Assembly (NCBI GenBank): GCA_965233585.1
Contig: CBDDTI010000208.1
Location: 1 to 13,568 of the forward strand
DNA from: a bacterium
GTDB lineage: Bacteria > SAR324 > NAC60-12
Direction of reading: 5' to 3'
DNA length: 13,568 bases
Shown in pieces: positions 9,101 to 13,568 of the stretch. How positions within the stretch are numbered: position 1 is the stretch's first letter; every line of letters begins with the position of its first letter. The notes under the pieces were generated by a model. The model was not told the origin of the DNA. It saw only the letters and a list, made by a program, of their open reading frames with translations, and did no database searches. The translations under genes and the position numbers were made by a program.

Positions 9101-11452
9101 GAGAAGCTGGCCCAGCAACAGCAAGTAGATAATGATTTCTTCCTCAAAAACAATAAGGAGATACAACAGACAAGAGGTGCAAAAGAGGGAACGTTGTTTC
9201 AAGTAACCTTTTCCCCATCGTCTAGAGCGTGGCTAGGTCAAAGAAGTTTTGCCTCATGGCCCGTAACGACGGCAACCTGTCCACCCCCAGCAACAACAAG
9301 CCAGGACATGAAAAGGAATGCAAAGGAAAGACGGCACAGTTGAGAGAAGCTGGCCCCTTTCAAAAGAACTTCCACCCCAGCAACAGCAACTGAAAACAAG
9401 ACAAGAAACATAAAAGAGAAAAAAGGAAATTGAGTACTGATTCTTGGCCGAACTTTGCGCAGAGAGCAAACCCTTCCAGCCCAGTAAGAAAAAGGAGTTA
9501 CGATTAAAATAAAGAAAAAACAAAAGACGGTAATTAAGTTGTTTCAAATAACCTTGGCCCCATCACCTAGGCTACTTGGAAGAAGCGTTGCCTCATACTG
9601 TAGTCCCTAAGAGAGCAAGCTGTCCACCCCAGAAACAAGAGACAACCACCAGCAGAGGAATACACAGCAGAGAGAACAGCTGAGAAGCTGGCCCAGCAAC
9701 AGCACGTAGATAATCACAAGACATCAAATGTAAACGTAAAAGAAGGAAGTGACAATTGATAATCGGCCAAAGCATGTTTAGAGAGAAACTTTTCTACCCA
9801 GCAACAATAAGGAGATACAATAGACAAGAGGTGCAAAAGAGGGAACGTTGTTTCAAGTAATCTTTTCCCCATGGTCTAGAGCGTGGCTAGGTCAAAGAAG
9901 TTTTGCCTCATGGCCCGTAACGACGGCAACCTGTCCACCCCCAGCAACAACAAGCCAGGACATGAAAAGGAATGCAAAGGAAAGACGGCACAGTTGAGAG
10001 AAGCTGGCCCGGTCCCCTTCAAAAGAATTTCCACCCCAGCAACAGCAACTGAAAACAAGACAAGAAACATAAAAGAGGAAAAAGGAAATTGAGTACTGAT
10101 TCTCGGCCGAACTTTGCGTAGAGAGCAAACCCTTCCAGCCCAGTAAGAAAAAGGAGTTACAATTAAAAACAACAAAAGACGGTAAGTTGTTTCAAATAAC
10201 CTTGGCCCCATCATCTAGGCTACTTGTAAGAAGCGTTGCCTCATACTGTAGTCCTTAAAAGAGCACCCTGTCGACCCCAGAAACAACAAACAACCACAAG
10301 AAGAGGACTGCAATGCAAAGGCACCAGTTGAGAAGCTGTCCCAGCAACAGCAAGTAGAGAATCACAAGACATCAAATGTAAACGTGAAAGAAGAAGGTGA
10401 TAGTTGATTATCGGCCAAAGCTTGTTTAGAGAGAAACCGTTCCACCCCAGAAACAAAAAGGAGTAACGATACACAAGAGGTGCAATAGAGGTGAGGTTGT
10501 TTCAAGTAACCTTGGCCCCATCATCTAGAGTTGTGCCTAAAGACGGCAACCTGTCAACCCCAGCAACAACAAACAAGTACAAGAGGAGGAATGCACAGGA
10601 AAGACGACACAGCTGAGAGAAGCTGACCCCATCCCCTTCGAAAGCCCTTTCACGCCAGCAACAGCAACAACAAACAAAACAAGAAAGGTGGAAGTGAAAA
10701 CCTCAAAGAGCAACCTGTCCACCTCAGAAACAGCAAACAACCACAAGAAGAGGAGTACAAAGCAAAGAGAACAGTTGAGAAGCTGGCCCACCAACAGCAA
10801 GTAGATAATGATTTCTTCCTCAAAAACAATAAGGAGATACAATAGACAAGAGGTGCAAAAGAGGGAACGTTGTTTCAAGTAACCTTTTCCCCATCGTCTA
10901 GAGCGTGGCTAGGTCAAAGAAGTTTTGCCTCATGGCCCGTAACGACGGCAACCTCTCCACCCCCAGCAACAACAAGCCAGGACATGAAAAGGAATGCAAA
11001 GGAAAGACGGCACAGTTGAGAGAAGCTGGCCCGGTCCCCTTCAAAAGAATTTCCACCCCAGCAACAGCAACTGAAAACAAGACAAGAAACATAAAAGAGA
11101 AAAAAGGAAATTGAGTACTGATTCTCGGCCGAACTTTGCGTAGAGAGCAAACCCTTCCAGCCCAGTAAGAAAAAGGAGGTGCGAGATACAAAAAGTGCAA
11201 AAGAGGGGAAGTTGTTTCAAGTAGCCTTTGCCCCATCATCTAGGCTACTTGTAAGAATCGTTGCCTCATACTGTAGTCCCTAAAAGAGCAAGGCAGGACA
11301 TGTACGCGAGAAAGGTTGATTGTCGGCAAAACTTGTTTAGAGGGAAACTTTTCTACCCGGGAAACAAGAAGGAGATAAAAACAAAAAACTCACAATAAGT
11401 GAAACAGAGGAAAGGTTGTTTCAAGTAAACTTTGGCTCATCATCTTGTCTAC
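6200..11452 (+). repeat. ~5.2-kb tandem satellite, 300-445-bp monomers, higher-order A-B-C organisation
   Basis: The junction motif gttgtttcaagtaacctttgccccatcatctag recurs. Monomer starts: 7119(A), 7429(A), 7730(B), 8174(C), 8531(A), 8849(B), 9222(C), 9567(A'), 9876(C), 10215(A), 10525(B), 10898(C), 11240(A, internally deleted). Strongly decayed copies lie at ~6200-7118. Confidence 0.95.
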
Positions 11453-11457
11453 CTACA

Positions 11458-11517
11458 ATGAATATGTTATGCTGGTTTTTGATCATCAGCATGGCTGAAA
11501 AAGCCCGCCGCAGGGAC
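11458..11517 (+). CDS. Putative exon 1 (or 5'-truncated exon) of an uncharacterised spliced gene: MNMLCWFLIISMAEKARRRD
   Basis: Open frame from ATG 11458 to a GT donor (GAC|gtgccc), phase 0. No AG|G acceptor is visible upstream; the satellite ends at ~11452. Confidence 0.4.
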
Positions 11518-11533
11518 GTGCCCAAATAGACCC

Positions 11534-11645
11534 TGTTTTTCCATGCCACGGGGTACCCCCAGTTTTCATCCATTTTTGTTTGGGATTTTCCATTAGAAAT
11601 CATGAACATTTTTGGGGTACCCCCTATTTGTGAAAACCTCCACAT
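11534..11645. mobile_element. Intronic MITE-like element with ggggtacccc palindromic subterminal boxes
   Basis: ggggtacccc at 11550-11559 and 11614-11623 enclose catccatttt...gggattttccatt. It resembles a short repeat I recall as abundant in Symbiodiniaceae introns (not verified by search). Confidence 0.65.
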
Positions 11646-11692
11646 GACCAGTCCAGATACTGAAACCAGTCCATCGTGACATATCGTGACAG

Positions 11693-11746
11693 GATGACGA
11701 TTCAAACGAAGAAATTGACAGATCCCAAATCAGCAAGTCATTTGAT
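11693..11746 (+). CDS. Putative exon 2: DDDSNEEIDRSQISKSFD
   Basis: acag|G acceptor and GAT|gttcgc donor; 54 nt, phase 0-0. Confidence 0.5.
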
Positions 11747-11786
11747 GTTCGCGCTTGAAAGGGGCTGGTGATTCATGGTTGCATTT

Positions 11787-11880
11787 CCCATAGGATCCAT
11801 GTATGGTATATATGCTAACATTTTGGGTATATTGATGGTAAATGTTACCATATATAGCAGCACCATGGATCCGTCATGGG
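11787..11880 (+). mobile_element. ~94-bp MITE-like element (cccataggatccatg...catggatccgtcatggg)
   Basis: Imperfect terminal inverted repeats; a second inverted copy lies at 12455-12540. Recalled as a high-copy Symbiodiniaceae repeat (not verified by search). Confidence 0.8.
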
Positions 11881-11888
11881 TTTTGGAG

Positions 11889-11924
11889 GGCAAGGGGCGA
11901 AGATTCGATTTCTCCATGCTTACC
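11889..11924 (+). CDS. Putative exon 3: GKGRRFDFSMLT
   Basis: gag|G acceptor and ACC|gtgagc donor; 36 nt, phase 0-0. Confidence 0.55.
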
Positions 11925-12027
11925 GTGAGCCCAACCCCAAGTTGAGATGGAGGCTGTGAGAGTTGTTTTTTTCGACCATGAATCCCAAGAAATTGTACCT
12001 TTTTTGGAATATACACATTTGCTTCAG

Positions 12028-12090
12028 GATGACTTTTTGGTGGGGTCATCAAGTCATCAGCTTTTTTTAAAAATCTCGGATGACTCAGAT
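12028..12090 (+). CDS. Putative exon 4: DDFLVGSSSHQLFLKISDDSD
   Basis: cttcag|G acceptor; only frame 0 is open. Donor GAT|gtgata keeps phase 0 (alternative donor after 12127). Confidence 0.55.
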
Positions 12091-12308
12091 GTGATATGGG
12101 ATGACAATCTCCCCTCATCCCTAGACGGTGTCCTTGGACCTAGCGGGTTCCGGTAATCCCCAATGGAAACGATCCATCAGAGCATCAGTTTCGCAATAGC
12201 CATGTGCAAATGTTGAATTATTTATATTTATATTTATTATTTAATTTATTTAATTTATTCATATCAATTTAGCCATCTTGAAATGGGGTGTGATACCATC
12301 TTTAGTAG

Positions 12309-12388
12309 GACATCGTGAGTGAAATGGCATGGCCATTTCATGCTGGGATGACCGAGATCCGACTTCACGGTGCCAGACTAGCAGATGG
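12309..12388 (+). CDS. Putative exon 5: DIVSEMAWPFHAGMTEIRLHGARLAD(G)
   Basis: tag|G acceptor. Donor GG|gttggt (phase 2) joins in frame to the last exon; an alternative donor G|gtgcc after 12369 would give the C-terminus GPTTASSRS*. Confidence 0.5.
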
Positions 12389-12454
12389 GTTGGTAGAACC
12401 CTTCTAGAACCATCCGTGCCACGTCTCATTGGTTGTTTGGACCATCATATCTTC

Positions 12455-12540
12455 ATCCATGGTGCTGCCATATATGGTAACATTTACCATTAATATACCC
12501 CACATGTTGGCATATATAGCAGCACCATGGATCCTATGGG
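12455..12540 (-). mobile_element. Inverted, slightly truncated copy of the 11787-11880 MITE-like element
   Basis: atccatggtgctgccatatatggtaacatttaccattaatatacccc...catggatcctatggg is the reverse complement of the first copy with few changes. Confidence 0.8.
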
Positions 12541-12811
12541 CTATATCACATCATATCCGATTGTATAGCCTAGATCTCCGCGATATTCCCAGTGGCAATG
12601 CCGGCAATGCCCATCATTTCCATATCATATCCCCATCTCATATCCACCATAAAAAAATCCCATGGTCTCCCATCTTTCTCCCTAGTATTTCCATGGACTT
12701 TCCCATTCTATGGGAGTTTCCTATTGCGACTTTGGGATCAGTCGGAAACCTCCATCGTTTGTTGAGTTATATGCTGATTTACAGATCTGAATATATTTGA
12801 TATATACACAA

Positions 12812-12885
12812 TTATATATATATAGATAGATATAGATATAGATATAGATAACATATATATATATATATCATATAGATATACATAG
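12812..12885. repeat. (TA)n / (GATATA)n microsatellite
   Basis: tatatatatatagatagatatagatatagatatagataacatatatatatatatat. Confidence 0.9.
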
Positions 12886-12969
12886 AAGCCTTCCGTTTTT
12901 CCAGGTTTTGGGGCTCCCCAAAAATCCCTTGGATCCCTTGGATCCCCAAGGGATCCCCAAGGGATCCAG

Positions 12970-13054
12970 GACCGACGACGGCTTCCTCAAGAAGTTGACC
13001 ACCTTCACACAGGGCAACAGCGTGGCGCGGCGTGGCAACAAGTCGCACTACTGA
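12970..13054 (+). CDS. Putative terminal exon: (G)TDDGFLKKLTTFTQGNSVARRGNKSHY*
   Basis: ccag|G acceptor; 25 of 27 codons end in G/C in this frame; TGA at 13052-13054. Confidence 0.65.
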
Positions 13055-13182
13055 GAGCCCGGCAGAGATGGTGCCGGAAAAGATGGTGACTGCGTAGATG
13101 GAAAATAGATGGAAAATGATCATAACATATGATTATCTTGAAAAAATAGATGGAAAATGATCATAAAAATCATAAAATATGA

Positions 13183-13476
13183 TTATCTAATGATTATTTT
13201 ATGATTCTCTTGATGATGTTGCCATGAAACGATGACTTGGGAACGTGATGGGACTTTTTTTGTGCATCTCTCCCGTATCCCAGTGGTTGAAGATCTTTTC
13301 AGCTGAAATGTCACATGACTTGCGCAGCGGAATCGGCCCCAGCGGAATCGGCCCCAGCGGAATCGGCCCCAGCGGAATCGGCTGTGGAGCGCTCTCGCAG
13401 AGATCTGTGTAATCAAAACAGGGCTGCGATTGCTGGAGGGGCCACTATGACTGAGCCCACCCGCGATATTGAACAC
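13183..13476 (-). CDS. Putative exon of a convergent uncharacterised gene (..FL|VFNIAGGLSHSGPSSNRSPVLITQISARALHSRF..); 3' boundary uncertain
   Basis: On the - strand, donor TTCCTG|gtgagt (intron 13562-13477, 86 nt) and acceptor ctccag|G at 13476. The frame is open to the stop at 13183, but the frame and true exon end are unproven. Confidence 0.4.
   Translation of the reverse strand: MFNIAGGLSHSGPSSNRSPVLITQISARALHSRFRWGRFRWGRFRWGRFRCASHVTFQLKRSSTTGIRERCTKKVPSRSQVIVSWQHHQENHKIIIR
13325..13382. repeat. 15-bp minisatellite cagcggaatcggccc, ~3.9 perfect copies
   Basis: Units at 13325, 13340, 13355 and 13370 (partial). Confidence 0.95.
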
Positions 13477-13568
13477 CTGGAGTGGCTGATTTTGCTGATG
13501 GTTTTTCAACGATTTTGCCATATCATGAATCCAGCACTTGGGGAATCTACCAGGGGACTCACCAGGAA

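Noticed and set aside
6912..11239. Repeated ORFs in the satellite (e.g. MARSKKFCLMARNDG..., MKQRSLFCTSC...)
   Set aside because: The frames are broken by indels and stops between copies, they recur only because the DNA is repeated, and they reflect strand composition bias.
7090..11450. CRISPR-like array: a ~33-bp conserved motif containing gtttcaa that recurs 14 times
   Set aside because: The intervening sequences are 170-410 bp and homologous to each other rather than unique spacers. There are no cas genes and the context is eukaryotic.
12028..12369. Alternative splice chain using donors after 12127 and 12369, giving an in-frame TGA (possible selenocysteine)
   Set aside because: A stop-free chain exists with donors after 12090 and 12388, and no SECIS evidence was seen.
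11738..12800. ORFs 11738-12118(-) and 12429-12800(+) sharing MVTFTINIP..LAYI
   Set aside because: The shared peptide is just the translation of the inverted MITE copies.
12812..13123. - strand ORF ...VVRLVATPRHAVALCEGGQLLEEAVVG...
   Set aside because: Antisense shadow of the GC3-rich + strand exon; it runs into a TA microsatellite.

Overview
Eukaryotic, repeat-dominated DNA, most likely from a dinoflagellate (Symbiodiniaceae-like). This is inferred from tiny exons with AG|G acceptors, short palindromic MITE-like elements in the introns and abundant (TA)n. None of the supplied unspliced ORFs is credible as a whole gene. Layout: (1) 1-480, a degenerate array of ~43-bp hairpin units; (2) a perfect 22-bp hairpin at 728-781; (3) ~1040-1845, a decayed element with short direct duplications and a GC-rich end; (4) ~1951-6076, a ~4.1-kb degenerate palindrome with two ~2-kb arms, whose axis carries a 32-bp-period array of 10-5-10 inverted sites flanked by 21-bp A-tract repeats; (5) ~6200-11450, a ~5.2-kb satellite of ~300-440-bp monomers with A-B-C higher-order structure; (6) 11458-13054, a hand-spliced six-exon + strand gene model (~125 aa, function unknown); (7) the likely 3' part of a convergent - strand gene at the right edge. 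The main candidate novelty is the structured giant palindrome and its recombination-site-like or iteron-like core, directly abutting the satellite.
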